A DNA stretch of 29,929 nt from Promethearchaeota archaeon Loki_b31. GTDB taxonomy: Archaea > Asgardarchaeota > Lokiarchaeia > Sigyniarchaeales > SOKP01. The position numbers and the translations under genes were made by a program. Location: positions 1 through 29,929 of the forward strand of contig NJBI01000043.1 of NCBI GenBank assembly GCA_005222975.1, given 5' to 3'. Positions 18,970 through 28,194 of this stretch are shown piece by piece. The notes under the pieces are model-generated. The model did no database searches, was not told the origin of the DNA, and saw only the letters and a list, made by a program, of their open reading frames with translations. Each line of letters starts with the position of its first letter. Positions within the stretch are counted from its first letter, which is position 1.

Positions 18970-19725
18970 TTATTTCCAATCTTTTGGAATTTTTTTTAAT
19001 AACTTTGCTGGGTTTCCTACAACAATGTCGTTTTCTTCAGTATTTTTTGTAACTACAGATCCTGCTCCAACGATCGTTCCCCTTTTTAAAGTAATTCCCG
19101 GCATAATTACTGAGTTTGCCCCCAAAGAAACGTCATCTTCAATTTTAGGTCCGTCTAAATCAAATTCTTTACGCATCATATATTTATCATTTGTTAATTT
19201 GGTATAAGGACCCATAAAAACGTTGTTTCCAATTTTAGAGTATAAAGGAATGTAAACTCCCGTTTGAATACTTACGTTGTTTCCTATAACTACATTTCCA
19301 TCGATAATCGTGTTAGTACCTATTAAAGTGCTGTTTCCTATGGATGTTTTTTCTCTAATCATAACATTATGTCCCGTCTGACAATTCTCCCCGATGATCA
19401 CTTCAGAATATATTATAGAGCCTGCTCTGATGGTGCATTCATTTCCTATTGTAATTAATGGACTCTCAAAATCTGTAATCTCTTTCTTATCTTTTATAAT
19501 AGCTGTTAAATCCGCTCTCTGCGGATGTCCAATAATACAATTTTCGCCTATATAAGTCTCTGAGCGAATCAAAGCATTTCCATAAATTTTAACACCCTTG
19601 GAAATATAAACGTCACTTTCTATTTTAACTCCTTTTCCAATTGCTGTAAAATCATCAATAAATGCCGTCTCGTGGATAAATGCCTTTTTGTGGATAAAAA
19701 ACAAATTTTTTCTTTCAAGATTCAC
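18970..19725 (-). CDS. Hexapeptide-repeat sugar N-acetyltransferase (WbpD-like)
   Basis: Repeated [IV]Gxxxx units, GHNVMIRE, FMGP..TND, VGAGSVVTK and GNPA. GTG start. Confidence 0.9.
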   Translation of the reverse strand: MNLERKNLFFIHKKAFIHETAFIDDFTAIGKGVKIESDVYISKGVKIYGNALIRSETYIGENCIIGHPQRADLTAIIKDKKEITDFESPLITIGNECTIRAGSIIYSEVIIGENCQTGHNVMIREKTSIGNSTLIGTNTIIDGNVVIGNNVSIQTGVYIPLYSKIGNNVFMGPYTKLTNDKYMMRKEFDLDGPKIEDDVSLGANSVIMPGITLKRGTIVGAGSVVTKNTEENDIVVGNPAKLLKKIPKDWK

Positions 19726-19788
19726 TTTTCCAGCTTCACTTTAAATTAGTATTTAGTTGAATTATTTCTTAAAATAATATTAATTTAA

Positions 19789-20082
19789 TCATTTTCCACA
19801 TTTACAAGGGGAAGAGTTGCATTTTTTGCATTCATTTGGATATTTACTAAATAATGCTTTTTCCATATCAATTTCTAATAAATTTGCAATGGAAACAGTC
19901 CATGCGATAATATCAGCTAATTCCTCTGAAACCTTTTCTTTATCTATATTTTGGGAATTTAATAACGTAGCTATCTCCCCAATTTCTTCTATCAACCAGA
20001 TAAATGTACTTTTAAGCCCTCTATTTAAGTCCTTTTGATAATAGAGCTTCTTTATTAAATCCTGGAAATCTGAAATATTCAT
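19789..20082 (-). CDS. MazG-like nucleotide pyrophosphohydrolase
   Basis: WLIEEIGE, EELADIIAW and C-terminal KYPNECKKCNSSPCKC. Confidence 0.92.
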   Translation of the reverse strand: MNISDFQDLIKKLYYQKDLNRGLKSTFIWLIEEIGEIATLLNSQNIDKEKVSEELADIIAWTVSIANLLEIDMEKALFSKYPNECKKCNSSPCKCGK

Positions 20083-20134
20083 AATTTAAAAAAAATAATT
20101 TTCTATAAAAGATTTTAATTTTTTTTATTCAAAA

Positions 20135-20341
20135 TTAAAATAACCATTCAAAAATACCTAACCAAGCAAACATTACCATTGTAATTAAAGTAACGGCAAA
20201 AATTACAGTAGTTATAGGGCTTATTTTAATTCCTATTGAACTATCTTCAAAAAACCTCATTAAACCCGCTCCACCTAAAGGCATTGGAGCAGTTCCACTT
20301 CTTCTCTTCTTACGCCTTGATTGACTTTGTCGAGATGACAT
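20135..20341 (-). CDS. sec61B: Preprotein translocase subunit Sec61beta
   Basis: GAGLMRFFED..GIKISP followed by a single C-terminal TM. Confidence 0.93.
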   Translation of the reverse strand: MSSRQSQSRRKKRRSGTAPMPLGGAGLMRFFEDSSIGIKISPITTVIFAVTLITMVMFAWLGIFEWLF

Positions 20342-20495
20342 TACTTAAACATCGCAAAAATAATAATTAATTAAATAAAATTAAAACATTAAAAATAATA
20401 AGGTTTATCTTGAATAAAAAAAAAAAATATGATAAATTTTTATTAATTGTATTAATTATTGTTAGTTAATTTGAGTAAGTAATGGTTAATTTATA

Positions 20496-22361
20496 ATGAG
20501 AAAAAAAAAAATAATTTTATTACTAATTAGTTTTCTTTTGTTTATTGTTGTATTTTCATACTTTCAAAATGATCCTTCATTTAATTATCAAAATCAAACT
20601 GAAAATGAAACCCCTCAATTATCAGGGGGTTTAGAAGGAGCAGAAAACATATTAATAGTGGAGATTATAAGAAATACTACTATTAGTTCATATGGTTTAG
20701 TAAATATAGATGATAGAATTACAATATTAAATCAAAATGACAATCCTATTAATTCAATCTTAATTGGAATCCCGTTAAATGATTCAAATAATTTAATTTA
20801 TTTTAGCGCTACTGGTCAAACAAAAAACACTTTATTAATCGAAAGATCACACGAGGTTATGCATAGTTATGAAATGATAACCATATATTTTGATTCGCCT
20901 CTTTTACCATCGCAAGAAATTATAATAAATATTTTGCAAACATACCAAAATTTGGTAACCTATAAATTTACAATTATTGATGAAAGTATTACTCAACTAA
21001 TCAATTTCACAGGACCGTTATTTCCAATACTACCTTATATGAGCGAAGGAAACATAAAATCAAATTATCGATTGCCAGAGGGGACAACATTGAATTTTCA
21101 TAAAGAGATTGAAGGAATGGGCATGCCTGATGAAGATGATATAAATGTGTTATATGATTTAGAGCAAAGTTCTACGCTAAACTTCTTAGATCCTTTTTTA
21201 GCAAATTTAGATGAAAATAATGAAACTACAATCACGTTTGAAGACAAACTATCGACAAAGTTAGAAATTGAAGAAATAAACCGAGAAATTTATATATCTC
21301 CTTGGGGTGTGGTTAAAATCAAGGAAGAAGTCAAAATTGTAAACTTAGGAATTATAGCAATTCCATCGTTTTCAATAAACCTTCCCGTAGATATTAAAAA
21401 TATACACATTTATGATGACCTTGGTGAATTGTTGGGAGTAACAATAACCGATTCCATCGAAGGGCCCTCAAGAAAGGTGTTAACTATAGCTTTATATCAA
21501 AATCGAGTTTCATTGGAGCCTTCTTCTAAATTTAACTTTTTCATAGAATACAATTTACCTTATGAAACATTAGTTTCATACAATTGGCTTCAACAGTCTA
21601 TTCTAATTGATATTTTTACAACAAGCTATGACTTTTTAATACACCAACAAACTACAAGTGTTATTATTGAGGGATGTAGTAATATAGATTACATGTCGTC
21701 TTTACCTGAAGCAATGTTTAAAACTGCTGGTACCAGAGTTTTGGTTTATAATTCTGAAAATGTGAGCCCTCTAGAAAGAAAAACAATACTTTTTACATTT
21801 ACTGTAGATATCTTTGATTTAATTCTACGACCAGTCATTTTCATGCTAATTATTGCATTTTTATCATCTGTATTTGTTCTAATTATTAAAACTCAAGAAA
21901 GAGAAGAACAATTATCCGTGTTTAAAAAGGAATTCATACCCACTAATGAAATTAGAGAATTTTGTTCTTTGTATGAAGAAAGAAATGCGTTAATATTAGA
22001 AATTAGAAAAGCAGAAAATGAAGCAAAACGTAAAAAGTTAGCTAAGAAAACGTATCAGAATTTATTAGCCAAAAATACAACAAAAATCGACCAAATTAAA
22101 GACGAAATCACGCCATTTAAAAAAGTATTAATGGAGACAAACGAAACCTTTAACAATATTGTAAAAAAACTGGATGTTTTAGATGCTGAGAGATTTAGTG
22201 TAAATGATAGTTTAACCCTTCTGGAGACTCGATATAAAAGAGGAAGATTACCTTCTAAAGCCGCATATCAGAAATTATCAGACGATTTCTTTAACAGAAG
22301 AAAGAAACTAGATAGAACAATAGATAAATACATTCAACAATTAAGAAGCTACTTATTATAA
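20496..22361 (+). CDS. Ribophorin I (OST1/RPN1)-like oligosaccharyltransferase subunit
   Basis: Signal anchor, two beta-rich repeats (RNTTISSYGLV; REIYISPWGVV, compare RPN1 IEVSHWG), one TM and a C-terminal helical/coiled-coil tail. Confidence 0.8.
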   Translation: MRKKKIILLLISFLLFIVVFSYFQNDPSFNYQNQTENETPQLSGGLEGAENILIVEIIRNTTISSYGLVNIDDRITILNQNDNPINSILIGIPLNDSNNLIYFSATGQTKNTLLIERSHEVMHSYEMITIYFDSPLLPSQEIIINILQTYQNLVTYKFTIIDESITQLINFTGPLFPILPYMSEGNIKSNYRLPEGTTLNFHKEIEGMGMPDEDDINVLYDLEQSSTLNFLDPFLANLDENNETTITFEDKLSTKLEIEEINREIYISPWGVVKIKEEVKIVNLGIIAIPSFSINLPVDIKNIHIYDDLGELLGVTITDSIEGPSRKVLTIALYQNRVSLEPSSKFNFFIEYNLPYETLVSYNWLQQSILIDIFTTSYDFLIHQQTTSVIIEGCSNIDYMSSLPEAMFKTAGTRVLVYNSENVSPLERKTILFTFTVDIFDLILRPVIFMLIIAFLSSVFVLIIKTQEREEQLSVFKKEFIPTNEIREFCSLYEERNALILEIRKAENEAKRKKLAKKTYQNLLAKNTTKIDQIKDEITPFKKVLMETNETFNNIVKKLDVLDAERFSVNDSLTLLETRYKRGRLPSKAAYQKLSDDFFNRRKKLDRTIDKYIQQLRSYLL

Positions 22362-22384
22362 ATAACATTTAATTTGGTGACTCA

Positions 22385-23008
22385 ATGAAACCGTGGTTGC
22401 TTGACATTTTAGCTTGTCCAATTGACAAGCATTTTCCCTTAGATTTGTATATCTTTTCATATGAAACTAATGAAGAAGAATTTAAGAAAATCTTAAATTT
22501 CTTTGAGAAAAGAGACATTGATCTTATTAAGAAGGAAAAAATTATCGAGATTCACGAGGAAAAGGGAAAAATTTATATTCGAGACGATATAGTTATTGAA
22601 AAGAGCTTGCTTGACACATATATCAATTTAATAATTTCGAGCATTAAGGAAGTCAACTATATACACGATAAATCGTCATTAAAATTAAGCAAACAATGTT
22701 TTAACATTATCAAACACAATATAAAAGATAAAATAACCAATTTTTCTAATAACTTAGAATTTGAACAAATCGAAAATATTCTACCAGAATTATATTTTTT
22801 AAATAAAATTAAAATTGAAACTGAAGTTGAAACGGGATTACTGTTCTGTTCAGAATGTATGCGATGGTACCCAATAATCGAAACAATACCTCAAATGCTG
22901 CCTGATGAATATAGAGACGAAAAAGCAGAGATTAAATTTCTAAAAACCAATAAAGATTTATTAGATAATGCATTTTTTAAACAAAATTTAAAACCTTTCA
23001 ATGTATAA
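22385..23008 (+). CDS. trm112: Trm112-family methyltransferase activator with a long insertion
   Basis: MKPWLLDILACPIDK ... GLLFCSECMRWYPIIETIPQMLPDE. GGTGA at 22376-22380. Confidence 0.85.
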   Translation: MKPWLLDILACPIDKHFPLDLYIFSYETNEEEFKKILNFFEKRDIDLIKKEKIIEIHEEKGKIYIRDDIVIEKSLLDTYINLIISSIKEVNYIHDKSSLKLSKQCFNIIKHNIKDKITNFSNNLEFEQIENILPELYFLNKIKIETEVETGLLFCSECMRWYPIIETIPQMLPDEYRDEKAEIKFLKTNKDLLDNAFFKQNLKPFNV

Positions 23009-23022
23009 GTAATAAAATACAT

Positions 23023-23124
23023 AGCCCGGTGGTGTAGTGGACAAGCATCTGGGGCCTTGAACCCCGTGACCACGGTTCGAAAACTATCGAGTAAGTTCGA
23101 ATGTCGAAATTCCGTGCCGGGCTA
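23023..23124 (+). tRNA. tRNA-Gln(UUG) with a 29-nt non-canonical intron (23082-23110) at position 59/60
   Basis: Acceptor AGCCCGG/CCGGGCT plus A73, D-arm GTGT/GCAT, anticodon stem TGGGG/CCCCG with TTG at 23057-23059, T-stem CACGG/CCGTG. BHB removal restores TTCGAAT and gives a 73 nt tRNA. Confidence 0.9.
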
Positions 23125-23141
23125 TTATTTATTTACTTTTT
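23125..23141 (+). terminator. T-rich archaeal terminator after the tRNA
   Basis: TTATTTATTTACTTTTT directly after the discriminator base. Confidence 0.4.
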
Positions 23142-23225
23142 GTCGAAAAAATAAAAAATTTTATTAGATCAAAATTAACTTTTGTCAGTACAAATAAACT
23201 ACTTAAAAAAATTCATTGATCAATA

Positions 23226-24590
23226 ATGATTCGGATAACTGATTTAAACTGGGGTGTCTTGGAAGCTATATATTTAATAATAGTCTTTGCTGTAGGATTT
23301 ACAATTACAATGGCAATTATCCCCTATCTTATAAAAATAATGAAAAGGAGGGGTCACATCGGAATCGATATACATAAAAACTTAAAAACAGAAGTTGCGG
23401 AATCTGGTGGAATTAGCATTGTCATAGGAAGTTCATTTACATCAATGTTTCTAATTATCTTCTTTCCAAGTTTCTTTAACGAAATCCTGATATTTGTTTT
23501 AACTGTGGTTTTATCAGGGTTAATTGGTTACATTGACGACAGAATTAAATTAAGATCGAGATATAAACTAATATTAACAATCTTTACAGGAACCTTGATT
23601 TTTCTGGCAAATTATTTTGGTTTTATTAAAATTGAATCCCCTACAATCCCTTTCCTAGGGCAATTAAGATTAACGATTATTTATCCTATACTGGCGCCTA
23701 TAATAGTTACAGTATTTGCAAACACAGTGAATATGTTAGAAGGATATAATGGTGAAGGGTCTGGTACATCCATTATTGCACTATGTTCCTTGTTTGTTTG
23801 TTCAATAATATGGAACTCCGCAGAAGGAGTTTTATTTACCGTTATCGCTTTAGCAATTCTAGTTCCATTTTACTTATATAATAAATTTCCTGCAAAAATC
23901 TTTCCTGGAGATGTTGGAACGCTAAGCATTGGCGCTTTATTTGCGGGTATTGCTTTGTTTGGCTCTCTTGAAGCAGCAGTTTTTTGTGCGCTTTTAATAC
24001 ATATTTTTAATAGCTTTTATGTTCTATATTCAGTAAAAGGATTTTTTGAGAGTAGTGAAATTCTAGAAAATAAGAGCGATGTTATATTATTAGAAAACGA
24101 TTTTATAAAAGCATCCGATGAAAAAGACGCCGCTTTAACTTTACCAAGATTAATCTTAGCGAAGGGACCTTTAAACGAACCAAAATTAGTTAAAAATTTT
24201 TATATTATTTCAATTATCTGTGGATTTTTTTCCATAATAACAACGCTATTAATGGTTTGGACAATTGGAAATCTGGATTTAATTACAATAGCAATTGTAA
24301 TCGTTATTTTTGGACTTTTATCTGCAATCTTATTATATAAGTTTCCTAGAATAAGAGGTATTGTGATTCTTATGGTAATTTTAATAATCGTTGGTTTTAT
24401 TTATCTCCTATGTATTGAATTGTTTATTATGCCAATAGATTTCGACGATATCAATATTTTAGGCTTTTTAATTCTGCCAACTAATATAATAATTTCATTA
24501 ATTTTAGTAATACCAGGACTATTGCTATGGTACTATATTACAGTTAAATATTTTTGGTTTGAAATTAATAAAATGAAAAACGCGCTTTAA
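23226..24590 (+). CDS. aglH: UDP-GlcNAc:dolichyl-phosphate GlcNAc-1-P transferase (AglH/DPAGT1/Alg7-like)
   Basis: GIDIHK, VAESGG, IGYIDD, ANTVNMLEGYNG and PAKIFPGDVGTL. Extra C-terminal TMs. Confidence 0.88.
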   Translation: MIRITDLNWGVLEAIYLIIVFAVGFTITMAIIPYLIKIMKRRGHIGIDIHKNLKTEVAESGGISIVIGSSFTSMFLIIFFPSFFNEILIFVLTVVLSGLIGYIDDRIKLRSRYKLILTIFTGTLIFLANYFGFIKIESPTIPFLGQLRLTIIYPILAPIIVTVFANTVNMLEGYNGEGSGTSIIALCSLFVCSIIWNSAEGVLFTVIALAILVPFYLYNKFPAKIFPGDVGTLSIGALFAGIALFGSLEAAVFCALLIHIFNSFYVLYSVKGFFESSEILENKSDVILLENDFIKASDEKDAALTLPRLILAKGPLNEPKLVKNFYIISIICGFFSIITTLLMVWTIGNLDLITIAIVIVIFGLLSAILLYKFPRIRGIVILMVILIIVGFIYLLCIELFIMPIDFDDINILGFLILPTNIIISLILVIPGLLLWYYITVKYFWFEINKMKNAL

Positions 24591-24611
24591 AATTAAAAAA
24601 AGGGTTTTCTA

Positions 24612-27158
24612 TTGAAAAAAAAATTAAGATACTCGTTATTTATCCTTTACATCTTTATTTCAATTGGACTATTTTTTTTATTTCACTTCATATTATTTCA
24701 ACCAAACTTATATGACACCTTCAGTGATTGGAGTTTTTGGGTAGTTTTCTTATTATTTTTAATTACAATAGAAGAGTTCTATAGATTTTCTAAAAATGGT
24801 AAAAGGAGCGAAATGAGCGATTTTGTAGCGCTTTTATTTTTCTTTTTTCTAATTTTCTTCCTTTCGAAAGACTTTTTGACTTCGATAATGGGTGCTTTTT
24901 CGATCTATTTATGGTTTGGAATATTTGAATTGAAAGATTACCCCGTTTTAAATAAGATTTTAATAATTTCTTTGGCAACTTATAACATTATTTTCATATC
25001 AGGAATAATTTCAAATGTAATAGGAGACCCAATTGTTATTAACACGGCTTTTGCGTTTTCTTTTTGGATCATTCTTGGATTAGGTTTTATATTATTTGGT
25101 AGAAAATATATTATCGTTTGGAGGTTTATGTCGCCCGAGTATTTAACTTTATTTCTGTATGTTATTGCGTGGTTAGCTATTGTCTTTATTAATCAATATA
25201 CGCCTCTTAATTTCGTTTCACAGAAAGCTTTCCTTTTTAACCAATTTTCCATTTGGGAACTCTTCATGAATGTTTATGTTATATTAATAACAATAAATTG
25301 GGTTATTTACTTCCTTTCTGGACCTATTTTAGATTTTATGCTTGGTATAAAACCATTTGAGGATAAAAGGTTATTGGGTTTAATCAATGAAGTAAAAACA
25401 AACATTGGGATAAAAGGAAGGGTAAAAGTTGGTTTTGGAAAATATCCGATCCTAAATGCAATGGCATACGGTTCAATTTTTGATAAAAGAATCGCCCTTA
25501 TTGCGGAGGATTACGAACAAGTGCCAGAAGATGAGGTTAAAGGAATTATCGCTCACGAGTTAGCCCATACTAAGGGAAAACATACTTTAATATTAACTTT
25601 TATAACAACAGGAGATTTAATCTTTAGGATGTTATTTGGCGTGCCTGCTACATATTACGATTATACATTTGGGAACCCTACACTCCCATTTATTTCGTTT
25701 ATTCTCTTAAACTTATTAGTATATCTCATATTGTTTATGTTTGTCAGAATCTTGGAAGGAAAAGCGGATCTAAAAACTAAAAAAATCGGCTACGCAAAAG
25801 AACTCGTAAAAGCGCTTTATAACTTAGAAAGTTTTTACGCCACAGGCCGGGAATTTGGCTTAAATACGATGCTTTTGTGCGACGAAAAAATTACAAAAAA
25901 TAATGAAATTTTAAATTATTTAGACACGGCTGATTACATCAATAGATCAATAATTAAACCAAAAAGACTCTCGCTCGTTAGCAATATAATAAACTCCCAT
26001 CCTCCCACTTATCATAGAATTGCAGCTATATTAGACGATAAGTTAAAACCAACAAAAGAAACGCTTTTACCGATCATTTGTTTAAAAAAATCAAAACAAA
26101 AATACTACGCAAAATTATTTGAAGACGCGAGAAAAAAATTTAAAGTCATCGCCAACGAGAAGTTTAAAGAATACTTTCATATTGGAGATATTTCTGCTTT
26201 TATGAGAAATCTAAATAGAATAGAATTATACAAGCTGGAACTCGAAAAGGATTACATGTTTAAGAATAAAGTTACAGATGAAATCGTTATAGGTAAATTA
26301 ACGGATGTTAAATTTAAAGACGACATTTGCGATACCGACGAATACATCGTCAATGACATCAAAAATGGTAACGAAATTCTTTTAAATTCTTCATTGTACA
26401 CAAAATCTCGGGTTGATCTAGAAGCTCAATATTTTTTAAGAAAGGAGGGGATTTTAAAACTAGTAGATATTGAATTGAACGCAGATAAAAAGAATGGCAA
26501 ATATATTTTTTTAGATAAGGAAGGTCGCAAGATTTTCAAAAACCTAAAAAAGAAATTACCCAATTCAATAGGCTTAATTAAAGAATTTAGCAATAATGAT
26601 ATTTTTTTTTTAATAAAAGGAGAAATTAGAATAGTCAAATGCTTAAATGTAAACATCTCGGATAATTTCAAAGAGTCTGAATTATCCTTTAGTGAGATAC
26701 CTCAAAGTGATGGCAACAAAACAATTCAATACAAATTAAAGGATTTGATCGTTAAACCAAAAAATATCTATATACAAATAAGAAGAAATGAAATGTTCCG
26801 AAAATCTGAATTAAATGTAATTAATTGGTTGATAGAAAAACAACTTAGAACTTTCGTTTATCTTAAAAAACCAGTGAATAACCTTGAAATTGGTTATATC
26901 CAAGATGTTAAAATAAATATTGAAGATTCAAAAAAAAAATCAAATAAAGGAAAGAATGAAAAAAGTAATTATATTTCCATGAAAAATATTTTCGGTGAAG
27001 ATATTAAGATTCCATATAATTCATTGGAAGTATTGTTGTTCGAATATAATACTGCCATTATTCAAAAAAAATCAGAGACGAGCATATTTAGTAAATTAGG
27101 ATATTTAATAGTGAGAAAATTTAAACCAGAAAAAATTTTTTACCTTAATAAAATTTAA
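24612..27158 (+). CDS. Large polytopic M48 (HtpX/Ste24) zinc metalloprotease with a C-terminal soluble extension
   Basis: LNAMAYG, IIAHELAH, LEGKADL and NSHPPTYHRI. About eight N-terminal TMs and a hydrophilic tail of about 370 aa. Confidence 0.88.
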   Translation: MKKKLRYSLFILYIFISIGLFFLFHFILFQPNLYDTFSDWSFWVVFLLFLITIEEFYRFSKNGKRSEMSDFVALLFFFFLIFFLSKDFLTSIMGAFSIYLWFGIFELKDYPVLNKILIISLATYNIIFISGIISNVIGDPIVINTAFAFSFWIILGLGFILFGRKYIIVWRFMSPEYLTLFLYVIAWLAIVFINQYTPLNFVSQKAFLFNQFSIWELFMNVYVILITINWVIYFLSGPILDFMLGIKPFEDKRLLGLINEVKTNIGIKGRVKVGFGKYPILNAMAYGSIFDKRIALIAEDYEQVPEDEVKGIIAHELAHTKGKHTLILTFITTGDLIFRMLFGVPATYYDYTFGNPTLPFISFILLNLLVYLILFMFVRILEGKADLKTKKIGYAKELVKALYNLESFYATGREFGLNTMLLCDEKITKNNEILNYLDTADYINRSIIKPKRLSLVSNIINSHPPTYHRIAAILDDKLKPTKETLLPIICLKKSKQKYYAKLFEDARKKFKVIANEKFKEYFHIGDISAFMRNLNRIELYKLELEKDYMFKNKVTDEIVIGKLTDVKFKDDICDTDEYIVNDIKNGNEILLNSSLYTKSRVDLEAQYFLRKEGILKLVDIELNADKKNGKYIFLDKEGRKIFKNLKKKLPNSIGLIKEFSNNDIFFLIKGEIRIVKCLNVNISDNFKESELSFSEIPQSDGNKTIQYKLKDLIVKPKNIYIQIRRNEMFRKSELNVINWLIEKQLRTFVYLKKPVNNLEIGYIQDVKINIEDSKKKSNKGKNEKSNYISMKNIFGEDIKIPYNSLEVLLFEYNTAIIQKKSETSIFSKLGYLIVRKFKPEKIFYLNKI

Positions 27159-27185
27159 TTGAAATGTTTAGTTTAACATTTTATA

Positions 27186-28115
27186 ATGACAAGTAAAATT
27201 AGAAGTATTGTAAACCTTTTACGCGTAAGACAGTACTATAAAAATGTTTTAATATTCGTTGGTGTGTTTTTTAGTAAAAGAATATTTGAAGTTGAGCTTT
27301 ATTTTCCTCTCATCTTAGGTTTTATTTTACTATGTTGCGCTTCTTCTTTCAATTACATTATAAACGACATACTAGATGTCGAACGCGATAAAAAACATCC
27401 CGAAAAAATGAAAAAAAAACCGCTTGCTTCTGGAGATTTGCCAGTGTATTTTGCTGTATTATTATTATTAATCATATCAGCATTTACGATCTTCTCCCTC
27501 GTATTTTTAATACAAAATAACAGTTTCATTTTTATGATAATTCTTATCATCTTAACAGGACAACTTTACAACCATTTTTTTAAAAATTACGCTTTTATTG
27601 ACATTTCAATCTTATCTACAGGTTACTTATGGAGAGCGTTATCTGGGGTCGTTATAATAACCGAATACATTTCTGCTTGGCTGTTTTTAGCAATATTCGA
27701 AATCGCGATGTTTTTAAGCATAGCTAAAAGAAGGGGCGATCTAATGCTTCTTGGAAAAGACAAAGCGGTTGAACATAAAAAAGTTTATAATCAGTATTCT
27801 CAAAAAATATTAGAACAATTTCATGTCATGATTGCCGGCTCTTTATTTATGACTTATTCTCTTTATCTAATTTTTAAATTTAACCTTTTCGAACCTACTA
27901 TAAATATACAAGAATATATAGTGATTTTTACAATCCCCATTTCACTATATTTAATAATGCGATTTATGTATTTAACTTCTGCTAAACCGGAAATAGCAAG
28001 GAAAACCGAAAAGGCTTTTTTAGATAAAGGTATCCTTATTTCAGGGGCCGTTCTTTTTTTAATCCTTTTTTCCTCTTTTTATTATGATATTATAATAGGG
28101 ATATTTGGTAATTGA
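27186..28115 (+). CDS. UbiA-family prenyltransferase (decaprenyl-phosphate phosphoribosyltransferase-like)
   Basis: LLRVRQYYKN, YIINDILDVERDKKHPEK..KPLASG and AKRRGDL. Confidence 0.9.
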   Translation: MTSKIRSIVNLLRVRQYYKNVLIFVGVFFSKRIFEVELYFPLILGFILLCCASSFNYIINDILDVERDKKHPEKMKKKPLASGDLPVYFAVLLLLIISAFTIFSLVFLIQNNSFIFMIILIILTGQLYNHFFKNYAFIDISILSTGYLWRALSGVVIITEYISAWLFLAIFEIAMFLSIAKRRGDLMLLGKDKAVEHKKVYNQYSQKILEQFHVMIAGSLFMTYSLYLIFKFNLFEPTINIQEYIVIFTIPISLYLIMRFMYLTSAKPEIARKTEKAFLDKGILISGAVLFLILFSSFYYDIIIGIFGN

Positions 28116-28194
28116 GGTAATAATAAGCAATTAATAATTTAATAGATTTATTATATCTTTAGGAGCTTTTATTTTAGCTCATTTCCTTTAGTAA

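Noticed and set aside
4535-27550. Nested or antisense ORFs (4535, 7846, 8169, 11106, 13310, 13926, 15113, 15709, 16007, 17483, 18935, 19817, 22891, 24790, 26426, 27353)
   Set aside because: All overlap well-supported genes or the tRNA and have no motifs of their own.
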